From positions 77,128,001 through 77,192,000 of the forward strand of contig OX597823.1 of NCBI GenBank assembly GCA_951406725.2: a stretch of DNA of 64,000 nt, written 5' to 3'. Position 1 is the first letter of the stretch. Each line of letters begins with the position of its first letter. The stretch is from Octopus vulgaris. Its lineage: Eukaryota. A program made the position numbers and the translations under genes. Below the pieces are notes generated by a model, which was not told the DNA's origin, ran no database searches, and was given only the letters and a program-made list of their open reading frames with translations. Below, piece by piece: positions 36,809 through 51,546 of this stretch.

Positions 36809-38639
36809 TACATGCAATTCATCAGTATAGGGCTATAGTGTTCTCCAATGTTTCAAAGCAATAAGGATTAAATAATCATGTTAGAATTTTTCAGAACAAA
36901 TTAAGAGTGAATAAATATGTTGTTACTTGAATTTTCACTGTTCAGCAGGTATCATCATCATCATCGTTTAGCGTCCGCTTTCCATGCTAGCATGGGTTGG
37001 ACAGTTCAACTGGGGTCTGGGAAGCCAGAAGGCTGCACCAGGCCCAGTTTGATCTGGCAATGTTTCTACGGCTGGATGCCCTTCATAACGCCAACCACTC
37101 CGTGAGTGTAGAGGGTGCTTTTTACGTGCCAGACGAGTCTGGCAAATGGCCACGATCAGATGGTGCTTTTTATGTGCCACTGGCACTGGGGCCAGGTGAG
37201 GCTGGCAACGGCCACGAACAGATGGTGCTTTTTACGTGCCACCGGCACGACTACGAATGGATGGTGCTTTTTACGTGCCACCGGCTTTCTAGTTTAGCAG
37301 ACATCAGCAAATAGTTTCTCTGCTGATTCCTATAAACTTGAGCTGGTGCTTTTGTTTGACCCATCTTGGTAACTTTGGCTGATTAGACACACAATGAGGT
37401 TGAAACACTAAAGTGTCTCAAAACTCCCTTTTAACTCCCTATCAAACCAGTGAATCACATGTGTATGAACGCACATCATCAGAAGGGAGAAACAAAGAGA
37501 TGCTCTTTGATGGGGAAAAGCTACAGCAAATAGAAATCAACTTGGAATCTGCTAAGACATATTAAGAATAAATAGATATATTATTATTATTGTAGAGTAT
37601 ATTTTTCATTTTGAATTGAGTGTTTGTCTTGGAATTCAGTTTTCACACCACTATGGTGGGAAATATTACATAATAGGTGGAAGCCATTGCAACTAGATGT
37701 TGTAATATGTTTATATAAATATATGTTTATTATATTTATAAATACACCACAACAGTGATTTAAAACAATCCTTGCCTGAAGATACCAGTTGTTGGAAAAT
37801 CTAGTCACGAGATAAATATTCAATTTAAAGAAACCACATTCATATGCACACTTCTATATGCATATATATATATGCATGTGTATATGTGTGTATTTTATAC
37901 AAATATACAAAGTTTCTCTTGATGATTGTGGTAATAACGTGGATAGAAACTATATTGAATAATGACAAATTTCCTTATACTAACCACATTAGGATCAAGC
38001 ATATACTCTTTTACTCTTTTACTTGTTTCAGTCATTTGACAGCAGCCATGCTGGAGCACCACCTTTAGTCGAGCAAATCGACCCCAGAACTTATTCTTTC
38101 TAAGGCCAGTACTTATTCTATCGGTCTCATTTGCCGAACTGCTAGGTGACGGGGACATAAACACACCAGCATTGGTTGTCAAGCAATGCTAGGGGGACAA
38201 ACATAGACACACAAACATACACACAAATATATACATATGTACAATGGGCTTCTTTGAGATTCTGTCTACCAAATCCACTCACAAGGCTATATAGTAGAAG
38301 AGACTTGCTCAAGGTGCAAAGCAGTGGGACTGAACCCGAAACCATGTAGTTGGTAAGCAAGCTACTTACCTTACCACACAGCCACTCCTATGCCTATATT
38401 TAATTTTTTTTTTGTCACACACTTAATCGTCTTCAGCCACAAACACAGATATAGAATAGAAAAAGAACACACAGACACACAAATATACATTCTCTCTCTC
38501 TCTCTCTCACGCACACACACACATTTTATGGGTTTGTGTGAGTTATCATGTCTTGTTCAAATGGCTGCATTAGAAAGTGATGAGTTAGTAATTATTTCAA
38601 GTATTTATTTACACACATATATGTGCAACCACATTTATT

Positions 38640-39187
38640 TATATAAGACATTGTGTCTTATATACTCATTATACTCATATATAATACTTATAGATGTGCA
38701 TGTATGCATATCAAAATATATAAACACTTACATATGAGCATAGCATGCATGCACATATACATATATGCGTACATACATGTACATATACATATATGCATGC
38801 CAGCATGGAACATGGATTTTAAACGAGAATTTATATATATGTGTGTATGTGTATGTGTGTGTGTGTGTGTATTTATATATGTGTGGATGTTGTATGCATA
38901 TAAGTATGCATATACGTGTATATATGCATGTGTATATATGTATTGTGTGTATATCACTATCCTCATCATTTAAAGCCCTGCTTCTATGCTGATATATTAT
39001 ATGTATATATGTGTGTGCATGTGTATATGTGTGTGTGTATGTGTGTGTATTATGCACACACACATATGCATGTGTATGTATATATATATACATGTATGTA
39101 TTATATATACACATACATAAACACACACATATATATATATGCATTATCTATCTATCTATCTATACATATATATATATATATATACAC

Positions 39188-39230
<43 letters not shown>

Positions 39231-39287
39231 TATATGCATGTATTATACATACACATACATACATACATATATATATATATATATGAG

Positions 39288-39329
<42 letters not shown>

Positions 39330-39380
39330 CACACACACACATATATACATCTATTTATTTATATATGCACACACATACAA
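38640..39380. repeat. Degenerate (TA)/(CA)/(TG) microsatellite field
   Basis: Direct inspection. Confidence 0.9.
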
Positions 39381-39725
39381 TAGCGATAATAACTTGAAGC
39401 CATCTGTCTTGTCTCCCACTAACTGATAAACTCATAAATAAGTAAACTGCAGAATATCCACTTGCAGACTAATTAAAATATTTTCTTCATTGTCATCAAT
39501 AATTTATAGAACTCTGTGGCAATATTGCTATGTGGCAAGAACTACCAATAACGCAGTATTACTTGTTGGATTTGAACTGTCAAATAATAACGCCAACATT
39601 TACCAAAGTTTGCCCTTTGGTTCCTTCTCATCTAAATATGTGTTTTAAGATGAAGATGTAAAAGTAAAATTGAAAATAAGCAGAAATAATATGTATGTAT
39701 GTATGTATATGTGTATATATATGTG

Positions 39726-39781
<56 letters not shown>

Positions 39782-40185
39782 CTCTTTACTCTTTTACTTG
39801 TTTCAGTCATTTGACTGCGGCCATGCTGGAGCACCGCCTTTAATCAAGCAACTCGACCCCGGACTTATTCTTTGTAAGCCCAGTACTTATTCTATCGGTC
39901 TCTTTTGCCGAACCGCTAAGTGACGGAGATGTAAACACACCAGCATCGGTTGTCAAGCAATGCTAGGGGGACAAACACAGACACACAAACACACATACAC
40001 ATACATATATATATATATATACATATATACGACAGGCTTCTTTCAGTTTCCGTCTACCAAATCCACTCACAAGGCATTGGTCGGCCCGGGGCTATAGCAG
40101 AAGAAACTTGCCCAAGATGCCACGCAGTGGGACTGAAACCCGGAACCATGTGGTTGGTTAGCAAGCTACTTACCACACAGCCACT

Positions 40186-40239
<54 letters not shown>

Positions 40240-40594
40240 AGTGTATATGTATGTATGTATATGTTGTTCCATTGTGTTTAGTTTGAGAAAATGTTTCTTT
40301 ATTCAACGAAGCTTTCACTGTAGTCATTATCATTGTCATGACCATCACCACCATCACCACCATCATCATCGTCATCATTGTCGTCATCATTATCGACATC
40401 ATCATCATCACCACTATCATCACCATCGTTACCAATGCTATCTATGCCATCTGCATTATCAGTCTAATCACAATCTGCTCTATCATTATTAATAGCCGAT
40501 AGCATTGCGAATAACACTGTCACCAGTTCAATTAACATCAGCTCTATCAACTCTGTCATTGTCATCATTTCTTTGATTATTTGCAATAAGGACA

Positions 40595-40630
40595 ATGATG
40601 ATGATAATAGTAATTATAATAATAATAATG

Positions 40631-40676
<46 letters not shown>

Positions 40677-40687
40677 TGATGATGCTG

Positions 40688-40724
<37 letters not shown>

Positions 40725-40825
40725 TAATAATAATGATGATAATAATAGTAATAATAATAATAATAATAATGATAATAATAATGATGATAATAATAATAAT
40801 AATAATGATAATAATAATAATAATG

Positions 40826-40860
<35 letters not shown>
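40595..40860. repeat. (AAT/GAT)n array abutting the Tx1 3' end
   Basis: Direct inspection. Confidence 0.95.
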
Positions 40861-43290
40861 TTATTCTTTTATTAGCCACAAGCACTTACAAACAATAACA
40901 TTAAAAGACATGCAACAATGTAAAAATCAAAAAGCTGGACAATACAATGGGTTTTACAGTGTGTAAACAATATATATATAGCAATAACAAATTAAACAGA
41001 TTAAAACTTCCAATAGGGCAGGCATTTTAAGGTTCCCATGGAAAAACCCACAAAACCCATGGGTGCCTGATCAACAGAGCAAGAGCCCTTCTTTTATTTC
41101 TCAGGATTGGTTCTTTCACACTGGCCATCCTTCCAACATTCACCCACCTTTCAACAAACTTGCTACAAGGCAACACTTTCCTTTCCACCCTCAGCTTCCT
41201 TCTCAAGTGAAATTTGAAAAAGTTGATGAGGGCTTAGCCAAAGAGGAAAGTGTCTGTCTTTAGCCTTTTCAAACAGGCACACCATACTACCCCTTTTTGC
41301 TACAGCCACTAGACAAATTAAAAATTGCCTGTCCTCTCCTGGCAAAAAGAGGACGGCGGAGCAATCTTCACAATGGATTCAGCTGATAGCCAGATCTGTC
41401 CACCATGTGACAGCAGGTGTTCGATATAAATCCACAGGTCAGCAATACTCAGGCACTGAACTAGGGTGTGCAGAACAGTATCACCGTTCTGGGTGCACCT
41501 GGAGCAGGCCCAGCTAAAGGCAATTTATCTCGAACAGGCAATGCCCCTCAGTAGTACTGCCAGGCAAGGGATCTCTGGAAGTTAATCATAGGCTCAGGCC
41601 TGAAAGTTCTCTGAAACAGATCGGTTAGTTGATCTTCATCAACACCCAGAGTTTTCCTGAGAACATTGTCGCACTTTTTCTCCACTAGCCGTCTATAGAA
41701 TGCTAGGGTGGAACTTCTACCGACTGCATTGCCCACCTGGTGGAGGGCTGTGAACACTTAATGGTGCTCGAGGTGCCAAGCACCTCTCCTTGGTTTATGC
41801 CTAATCCAGGTTTACAGTTGAGTCAAGGAGATGAGCTGTGGAAAAGTGTGCCTGACAAACGGTGAAAACACCTGCTCACTGTCAAGGAAACGCAGGAGAT
41901 GCTGCAACCTGTGCTCATGTCTGTGCATCAGTAACCATGGCATGCCCAGCCCTCCATTCAGTGGCTGTTGACAGAAGATGGAGTGTCTAACCAGTGGAAT
42001 GTACCCTTTACACAGAAAGCAGAAGAGTAAACACACCAGCTTGGTCAACCAGTAATAGATGACGGATGCGATATACACATTCACCACCTCTGCTCAACCT
42101 TTCAGGGATAGCTTCCTCTCAGCCAATTTCTGGGTAAGATACACTACTCTGCTCATCACTTCATCCCTCTTTTTCTCCATCTGGAGGTTTGGTCCAAACC
42201 AGACTCTGAGCAACTTAATCAGACCATCTTTCCAGTACCCTATGACACTGTTGGACAGCATGGACTTGCCTCTCCAGGTGCTGAGTAGCAAGCCTGCTGA
42301 CTTTTCTGTATTAATTTTTGCTCCTGTCACCACCACTTCATATTCTTGTAGTGTGTTGCCAATGAGCTCTATATGCCTGTGAATCAACACTATGATGGTG
42401 ACATTATCAGCATAAACAGATACATTTCTCCCACATCCTAGATCATGTGGGACACCCCTCAAAGACTCTGACTTCTGCATTAATGGCCCAAAGAGTCAAT
42501 ATATACAGAAAGGAGAAGAGAGGGCATCGTTGATGGACCAAACACAAGATGTTGAATGGCTCCAATAGGTGACCATTCACCCGAACAACCAAGTAGATGC
42601 TGTTGTACAAAGCAGCGATCCAACTGCAGAAAACTGGACCAAAACTGGCTGCCTTGAGGACAGCTGCCAAGTATTGATGGTTGACCCTATCAAAGGCTTT
42701 AGTTTGATCTAAATTGAACAGAGCTCCACCCATGCCAGCTTTGTTACCCACATTCCCTATGTTGTAGTACATAAGATGGAGGTTGTTGTGAATAGTCCTG
42801 GTTGGGATGGTGCATGTCATTGCCTCACCAACCAGCTTGTCCACAACAAGTGCCAATGTCTTAGCTAATATCTTGGCTGAAATCTTCAACTCAGCATTGA
42901 GCAGAGTGATGGGCCAGAAATTTTCTATGATGTTTGTTTGGGTCCTTTCTCAGCAGTGCCACTACCCCTTGACAGACAAAAGTGGGAATATCTCCCATTC
43001 TGCAACCAGTTGCAGTAGACGTCTGCTAAGAGGCCCCAAAACAAGCCTGGCATTGAAGTAAAAGTCTCGTAGGGCAGACCATTCAAACCTGGCAATCTTA
43101 CCTCTCATGCAACTCTTCATCGCTTCCTGTATTTCTGTGGCTGTTATTGGCTTTTTGCAGCACTCCGCCTCACTTGTTGAGAGTCGTGGCAGGCTGCCCA
43201 GGTACACATTGGAGTCTGCCTTTTCATCCATCCTACCATTCATCCTGATCAGTCAAGCAAAGTACTTCTGGAAGGCGCACACATCTGTTT
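40861..43290 (-). mobile_element. 5'-truncated Tx1/L1-clade LINE ORF2 (decayed RT) plus 3' UTR
   Basis: KISAKILAK, LDQTKAFDRVNHQYL, VSVYADNVT, GAKINTEKS and GGLGMP motifs across frames; 3' end ...CTTGTGGCTAATAAAAGAATAA. Confidence 0.9.
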
Positions 43291-43895
43291 CAGTTCAAAC
43301 CCTTCACATCCGTTCTGTAAAACCGTCAGTCTCATCAAAGTCATCAACGACAACCAAGTAGAATTACTTATAACAACCTTCTACACAATTACCGTCATAT
43401 TCATTATTATTTACACTGACATCATCATCATCATCATCATCCTCATGAGAAACATTGTCATCATTATTGTCATTATCAGAAGCAGCAGCAGTATCATAAG
43501 CATTGTCGTCATCATCATTGTTATTATTATCATTGTTGACAATTATTATTATAATTATTATTATCATTGTCAAGATGTTGCTCATCATTATCATCCTCAT
43601 AGTTCACACCATCATCATCAAAATCAGAATTATCACTGACAACATCGACAGCCATCATTATCATAATGATCAAATCTGATACTGTCATCATTGACAGCCA
43701 TTAGCTTCATCACTGTCATCACCATCATCATCATCATCATCATCATCATCTGTTCATCATCATCAACAGCATCATCATCATTTGATCATCACCATCGTCG
43801 TCATCATCATCATCGTCGTCATCATCCTTATCATCGACATTATCATCATCACCATCGCCGTCGTCGTCGTCATCATCATCATCATCATCATCCTC

Positions 43896-43975
<80 letters not shown>

Positions 43976-44559
43976 TGATAGCCTATAACTACTTATAACA
44001 CTGCCATCAATGCAATTAACATCAACCCCCATCATCGTCATCACCATCATTATTCCTATAATTGTCACTGTATGAAGCTGTCTCTAAAACCTGTAATTAA
44101 TCTACTTTAACCTCATTCAAACTGAGAGAAGAAAGCAGACAGAGCTCTGTCAATAGATTGTGAACACACATCCCATCCTTGGTCTTTCATTAAATCCTTG
44201 GCTAGCATATTTAACTCACAATTAATCCAGTTTGCCTTGCTATAAATTGGCTTCATTAAGTAATTAACCACACACTACAGTAAGCACTAGCATTAATAGT
44301 GGTAGCATCCTTATTGACTGAGTAGTCTTCAAATCCAAGGCATTCCAGTAATGACAACCCCATCTATTTGTCTCTTACTTACTTTAATCCTTTAGTACTT
44401 AAACCAGCTATATCCAGCCCAAATATTCTACATGTTTAATGTTCAAACTGGCTAGATCTGGCTTCTCATACTTACTCTACAATGTCATTCTAAAAATAAA
44501 CAAACACATCACTGAAATCTTGAAGCTACAGGGTAATGCATGATTAATTCAAAACATTG

Positions 44560-45208
44560 ACCAGTGACCAGTGACCGGGACCTTTGGAAATATACTGTGT
44601 TTGAGAAGACCCAACAAGCCAAGTGAGACCATAACATCGTGGCCTATGCCAGGGATGTAACCAACCCACTTATGCATACCTTTCTTTCATTGGACCCTAA
44701 ACTATGCTGGGGAAGACCTGTTGAGGCAAGTGAAATCAAAATCGAAATCAAATTTGATAACTGGCATCTGTGCTGGTGGAGCGCTAAGAGCACAATCCAA
44801 GCGTGATCGTTACCAGGGCAATAAACTGGCTTCCATGCCAGTGACATGTGACAAAGCACCATTCGAGTGTGAACGTTACTAGTGTCGCCTTACTGGCACT
44901 TGTGCTGGTGGCACATGAAAAAACATTCGAGCGAGGTCATTGCCAGTGCCACTGGACTGGCTGCTGTGCAGGTGGCATGTAAAAAACACCATTTGAGCAT
45001 GGCCGTTGCCAGTACCGCCTGACTGGCCCTTGTGCCGGTGGCACGTAAAAGCACCCATGGAGTGGTTGGCGTTAGGAAGGGCTTCTAGCTGTAGAAACTC
45101 TGCCAGGTCAGATGGGAGCCTGGTGCAGCCATCTGGTTCACCAGTCCTCAGTCAAATCGTCCGACCCATGCTAGCATGGAAAGCAGACGTTAAACGATGA
45201 TGATGATT
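44560..45208 (+). mobile_element. 5'-truncated RTE copy containing the whole 3' UTR
   Basis: Colinear with 10155-10790; ends GTTAAACGATGATGATGAT. Confidence 0.9.
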
Positions 45209-45564
45209 GTGAATAAATAAGCATTACACTTGACAGAGAAATTTGAAAGCTAAAAGAACTGTACATGCACACACACACAAACAGTTTGATTCAAACTCCG
45301 TGGTACTCTGAGTTTCAAGCATGTTGCTAGTTATCAGCCATTAGTAGCCTGAATGAGAATTTGATTGAAGAGAGTCAGTGTTTATAACTAGACGTTAGCT
45401 TGTGATTGGTTGAGAAAGGTCATGAGGTGTTGCAGTTTGATGTTGGTATTTCAGTAACAACAATTATTTAGAAAATACTGTATGGTAAACAAGAAATTGA
45501 CTGTGTGGTGGGCAGGAAATTGGTTGTGTGGTTGATGGGGAAAAAGGAAGGAGTGGAAAAAGTT

Positions 45565-45715
45565 GCATATACCCACAACAGCTCCCCATCCCACCCAGCT
45601 GTAATTAAAAACCTGGTTTCAGACATTAGCAAACGGGTGTCTAAACTCTCAGTCAATAGGGAGATTTTTAATAGGTCTACCCACTCTACAATGATACTCT
45701 GGCTAGGTTTTTCTT
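45565..45715 (+). pseudogene. Penelope-like element RT C-terminal fragment
   Basis: YTHNSSPSHPAVIKNLVSDISKRVSKLSVNREIFNRS resembles the PLE Y.H..S.HP..I.K....I..R.S.LS....IF motif. Confidence 0.6.
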
Positions 45716-45789
45716 TTTTAACAGGGGCTTTTCCAAACAAATTCTTAATTTTGTAGAAAGTATCTCTGCATCATTTTCTAAGTGTTTTC

Positions 45790-46140
45790 CATCACTTGAC
45801 TATCAAAACGTATAAGTGGGTCATCAATCCTTTTGCAAGATACAACAGTACACACCTGCCATTAACATTAACAGAAAAAGAAACTTTAATAGATTTGAAA
45901 AACGATCCTGTGCACAAGGCTTCATTTTCTGTGCTAGAATTGTCAAAATTTTGGATTTTGCTTTGGAGCCAATATCCTCGATTAGCTTCAAAGGCCGTTA
46001 AATCTATCTTGCCTCTGGTATCATCATATGTTTGTGAATTAGGCATCTCTGCACAAATGGAAATTAAGTTAAAAACGGGAATGATTATGGATGGTAGATG
46101 AAGAGTTATGCATTTGTTTATCAAATTTAGAGTCGCATTT
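45790..46140 (+). pseudogene. hAT (Buster/Charlie-type) transposase C-terminal fragment
   Basis: WVINPF...LIDLKND...FW....YPRLASKAVKSILPLVSSYVCELGISA, the hAT dimerisation-domain pattern. Confidence 0.75.
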
Positions 46141-46709
46141 TGATAAAGTTCTTTCTGAAAATCAATTGCATCCTTCTCACTAAGAACATTATTATTGTAT
46201 TATAATACCTATATAATAGGCATAGGAGTGACTGTGTGGTAAGTAGCTTGCTTAGAAACCACATGGTTCCGGATTCAGTCCCACTGCGTAGCACCTTGAG
46301 CAAGTGTCTTCTACTATAGCCTCGGGCTGACCAAAGCCTTGTGAGTGGATTTTGGTAGACGGAAACTGAAAGAACCATGTCGTATATATGTGTATATATA
46401 TGTATGTTTGTGTATTTGTTTGTGTGTCTGTGTTTGTCCCCCCCGTAACATGGCTTGACAACCAATGCTGGTGTGTTTACATCCCTGTAACTGAGGGGTT
46501 CAGTAGAAGAGACCGATAGAATAAGTACTAGGTTTCCAAAGAATAAGTCCTGGAGTTGATTTGCTCGACTAAAGACGGTGCTCCAGCATGGCCACAGTCA
46601 CATGACTGAAACAAGTAAAAGAGTATATACATATATTATATTTTCAATAAACAATGTTATTTTATTGTTATCATAATAAGAATTTATTTATTGTTATTCA
46701 TACTATAAA

Positions 46710-46840
46710 GTACAGCAGAACCACGGTTTTCGAACAACTCTGATCACAAATAAATCATATATTATTTCCTGTTTTTCTCATATTCATTTGATACAGTAGT
46801 ACTTCGGTTTACAAACACCTCTGATCATGAATAAATCATT
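46710..46840 (+). mobile_element. Two tandem pogo/Tigger-like terminal fragments
   Basis: TA-CAGCAGAACCACGGTTTTCGAAC and TA-CAGTAGTACTTCGGTTTACAAAC, each followed by the same ~25 bp. Confidence 0.4.
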
Positions 46841-46868
46841 ATTTATATCTATCTATCTATCTATCTAC

Positions 46869-46903
<35 letters not shown>

Positions 46904-46950
46904 AATATATATGTATATATATATGTATATATATATATATGTGGTGTGTG

Positions 46951-46986
<36 letters not shown>

Positions 46987-48531
46987 CCCTTCTGTCCAGC
47001 AGTCACCATGATAGATTGGTAGCCACTACACACATTTTTTTTCTCTCCTTGTTTGTTTTCTGTGCCCCTTTCTCTAGAAGAGCATAGACTCAAAACGGAA
47101 AAGACTTTTTCAATTCCTGAGTGTTATACTAATGCATCTGTTTGTTTTCTACACCACCTGTCTTCATCTTTTGCTTTTTTTGTGAACTCTCCTTATATAT
47201 ATATATATATATACACACACATACTCTTTTACTCTTTTACTTCTTTCAGTCATTTGACTGCGGCCATGCTGGAGCACCGCCTTTAGTCAAGCAAATCGAC
47301 CCTAGGTCTTTTTCTTTGTAAGCTCAATACTTATTCTATCGGTCTCTTACCGATAAGCATTTCACCCAGTGTGCTAGTGTTTCTTATTTCTGTACTGCTC
47401 ACAAGGGGCTAAACATAGAGGGGATAAACAAGGAGAGACAAAGGAATTAAGTCGATTACATCGACCCCAGTGCATAACTGGTACTTAATTTATCGACCCC
47501 AAAAGGATGAAAAGTAGAGTCAACCTCAGCAGAATTTGAACTCAGAATGTAACGGCAGACGAAATACTGCTAAGCATTTCTCTTGGCGTGCTAAAGTTTC
47601 TGCCAGTTCGCCGCCTTATTTGAAATAAATATTCTTTTCTCCTTTATGCACAAGGCTCGAAAATTTGGGGAAGAGGGCCAGTCAATAAGATCGTCCCCAG
47701 TTCGCAACTGTTACTTAATTTACTACCCCGAAAGGATGAAGGGCAAAGTCGACCTCAGTGGAATTTTAAACTCAGAACGTAAAGACAGACCGATAAGCAT
47801 TTTGCCCAGCATGCTAACGTTTCTTACTTCTTTATTGCTCACAAGGGGCTAAACATAGAGGGGACAAACAAGGAGAGACAAAGAGATAAAGTTGATTACA
47901 TCGATCCCAGTGTGTAACTGGTACTTAATTTATCGACCCCCAGAAGGATGAAAGGTGAAGTAAACTTCGGTGGAATTTGAATTCAGAACGTAACAGCAGA
48001 CGAAATACTGCTAAGCATTTTGCCCAGCATGCTAATGTTTCTGCCAGCTCGCCGCCTTATCCTCTCTGATTCTAACTCTCATTCTAACATCTCTCCCTCT
48101 ATCCTTTGTTGCTATCTTTCTCTCTAGTTTTATCGCTCACCTCTCTGTTTTTTTCCTTGTGTCTTCTCTGGTATAAAGAAGATTCTGGATGCCTGTTTCT
48201 ATCTCTTTTTTATACCTTAATGTTTTTAACTAGCACAAAGCTACCTCTTCCAACACAACTCCTTCTCCTAGTCAAGGGTTTTCTTTTTTGCAAGTTACTT
48301 GGTGGCCCTGCCACTACTGGTGTTAATTAAAAAGCTCCCAGTACAGTACTCTGGGAAGTGGTTGGCATTAGGAAGGACATCCAGCTGTAGAAACCATACC
48401 AAAGCAGAGAAAGAGTTTGGTGCAGTTCTTTGGCTTGCCAGTGCCAATCAAACTGTCTTGCCCATGCCAGCATGGAAAATGGATCTTAAATGATGACGAT
48501 GATGATGGTGATGATGGTGATGATGTTGATG

Positions 48532-48583
<52 letters not shown>

Positions 48584-49516
48584 GAAGGAGGAGGACGATG
48601 ATGATGATAATGACAACAGTGATGACGATGATGATGATGATGATGATAATGACGACAACGACAATGGTGACAATGGTGACAATGATGATGATGATGATGA
48701 CAATGATGTCGATGATGATGAAGATGATGATGATCGGTAATTTAAGAGAGATTTGATTACTATTTCTTGCAGACCTGTCAGCCTCACTGAGGTTCTCTCG
48801 TTAACTTATATTTAGACTTGATTATCAGCATCGAACTAATTTCTTTAACAGCACCATCTATAATTAAATATATAAAAATCTATTTACCATTTTCCTCCTT
48901 GTAAGTGACCCAAAAAATTGTTATTTAGTGTCCAAGAAAGTTTTGCTTATACAGGAATCACTTGGCAGAGAATGTCTGACGAGAAGGAAATTTCAAAATA
49001 GCACATGACACTTCAAAAACCTTTTATTCAAAAGTAATCTTTGTCAAAAATACCAAATTAAAAATCTTTGTCAGGTTATCATTTAGAAAACGAATGAAGT
49101 CATTAATTGTCTGACAATGTAGCAGAATGAATGAACAAAAGGCAGCAGACAAGCATGAGTGATTCTAATTAGCTGTCCAACAACATTGTCCTTGCTTTTG
49201 TTTCTTTTTCTTTTCCTTTTATGCATTTTGATTAACCTATAAAAGACACGATATGATGCTAGAACTATTGGCTTCTCGAAGATAACATTTCTTATTCTTG
49301 ACAACGCATTTTAAAACAACTAACAATGTATTACTGCAGTGCAAAAACAGCCCAAAACATATATATCTATATATCCCTATATTCATATATATATGTTAAT
49401 ATATATATACATGTATATTATATGTATATATATATTAATTATTTGTATTTTTATGTTTTGCTTTATGTTTTTCACTGTTTGATTTGCCTAATCTCTAATT
49501 TTTATCTCTAATTTAA

Positions 49517-49561
<45 letters not shown>

Positions 49562-50317
49562 CAAATGTATATATATATTAACATATATATGTTGCAAAAC
49601 TGATAGTCTAGCAACTCTGGCTTGGAATTAAAACTTATTATCTTCATGTCATGTATTATATTTTTACAATTATTATCATCATTATTTGTACTATCACTTC
49701 AACATATATTTTGATTTTGGATTCACATATGTCAGATTGTTGGCAATAACATTTTGTGAGCATTTTCAAGTTTACACTTAACTCTCTTTATCCACTAGGA
49801 TGAAAGCAAAAGACTATTTTGAATTTTGTTGTTCTTTCTAGCCACTATATCATCCCTGTTTTCATTCCCTTTGACACCGTCATCATTACAGCAATCATCA
49901 TTGCCATTGCTTTTACATCCATTTTTCCATACCTGTATGAGATGGACACGTAGTTGTTATTAACGGAGCAGGAGATGTAGGGAATTGTGATGGAATGCCA
50001 AGTCTTGGAATATTCTTCACTCTTTTCCACAGCATACCTTATCAAAAGATTTAGCCAGATCATAAAGTAATACCTGTGCTTATCATGGTGTGTGTATGAT
50101 AGACATATACTCTTTTACTTGTTTCAGTCATTTGACTATGGCCATGCCGGAGCTCTGCCTTTAGTCGCGCAAATTGCCCCCAGGACTTATTCTTTGGAAG
50201 CCTGGTACTTATTTTATTGATCTCTTTTGCCAAACCGCTAAGTTACGGGGATGTATACACACGGTTGTGAAGCGATGTTGGGGGGGGGGGGGGACAAACA
50301 CAGACACACAAACATAT

Positions 50318-50362
<45 letters not shown>

Positions 50363-51085
50363 TACGACGGGCTTCTTTCAGTTTCCATCTACCAAATTCA
50401 CTCACAAGGGTTTGGTCGGCCTGAGGCTATAGTAGAAGACACTTGCCCAAGGTGCCACGCAGTGGGAACTGAACCCGGAACCATGTGTTTCATAAGCAAG
50501 CTACTAACTACACAGCCACTCCTATGGCTATATATATATATCTTATCCTTTACTTTTTACAGTCATTAGACTGTGGCCATGCTGGGGCACCATCTTGAAG
50601 AATTTTTAGTCAAATTAATTGACCCCAGTTCTTTTTTTATTTAAGTAATTATTCTTGTGGAATAGAGAGGAGAGGTGGGTGGAAGGAAGTAGGTGTGAGG
50701 GGAGAGAGGCGAGAGGAGGAGGTTAGATGAAGAGGGGAGGAGAGTTGAGCCCATGTGGTGCAAAGGAGCAAAGAGAGAAGATTAATCCCTGTTCACGGTG
50801 CAAACGGAAGTCCGGATGGCCCATATGCAAGGACAGATGTACATGATAGATTAAAAATATATGAATACACAGCCATTTTTTAAAAAATCTTTAAGTAAAT
50901 AAATATATTAAAAATATATATGTGTAAAGTAATAGATCCTAAAGAATCTCTGGCCGAAGACATAAAAACGTTAAAACATGTACAATTGTCCTTTAAATCC
51001 ATCTCTAATCAGAATCATGTTTGCGGATTGAATTACCAGTTCTTTTGTTTCTTCACATTACATATTTATATATATATATATACAT

Positions 51086-51136
<51 letters not shown>

Positions 51137-51262
51137 CATACAACTGCAGCATGGAATGTGTTTATAAGCCATTTAAATTTAATTTATCGAAATATTTTCT
51201 TCATTTTGACACCGTGGCCTGTTCACTGACAAAATTGCATGCTGCATTTATATATATATATG

Positions 51263-51316
<54 letters not shown>

Positions 51317-51423
51317 TATGTATATTAGAAGGTTTGGAGATGATATACAGGTATTATATATTAGAAGAAATAAGGTACTCAGAAATCTGGATGGTTTTAT
51401 ATCTACAAATATTTATTAAAATG

Positions 51424-51546
51424 TCACATGTTTTTATAAATCATATATTAGCACTTGCGTCCACTCTAGTGGAGTCTTCAGATTGGAGTCTGAAGACTCC
51501 ACTAGAGTGGATGCAAGCTCTAATATATGATTTATAAAATATGTGA
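51424..51546. repeat. Near-perfect ~120-bp palindrome with hammerhead-like arms
   Basis: Arms 51424-51482 and 51489-51546 around a 6-nt loop; each arm reads CTGAAGA-cTCCACT ag AGTGGA-(t/c)GCAAG. Confidence 0.7.
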
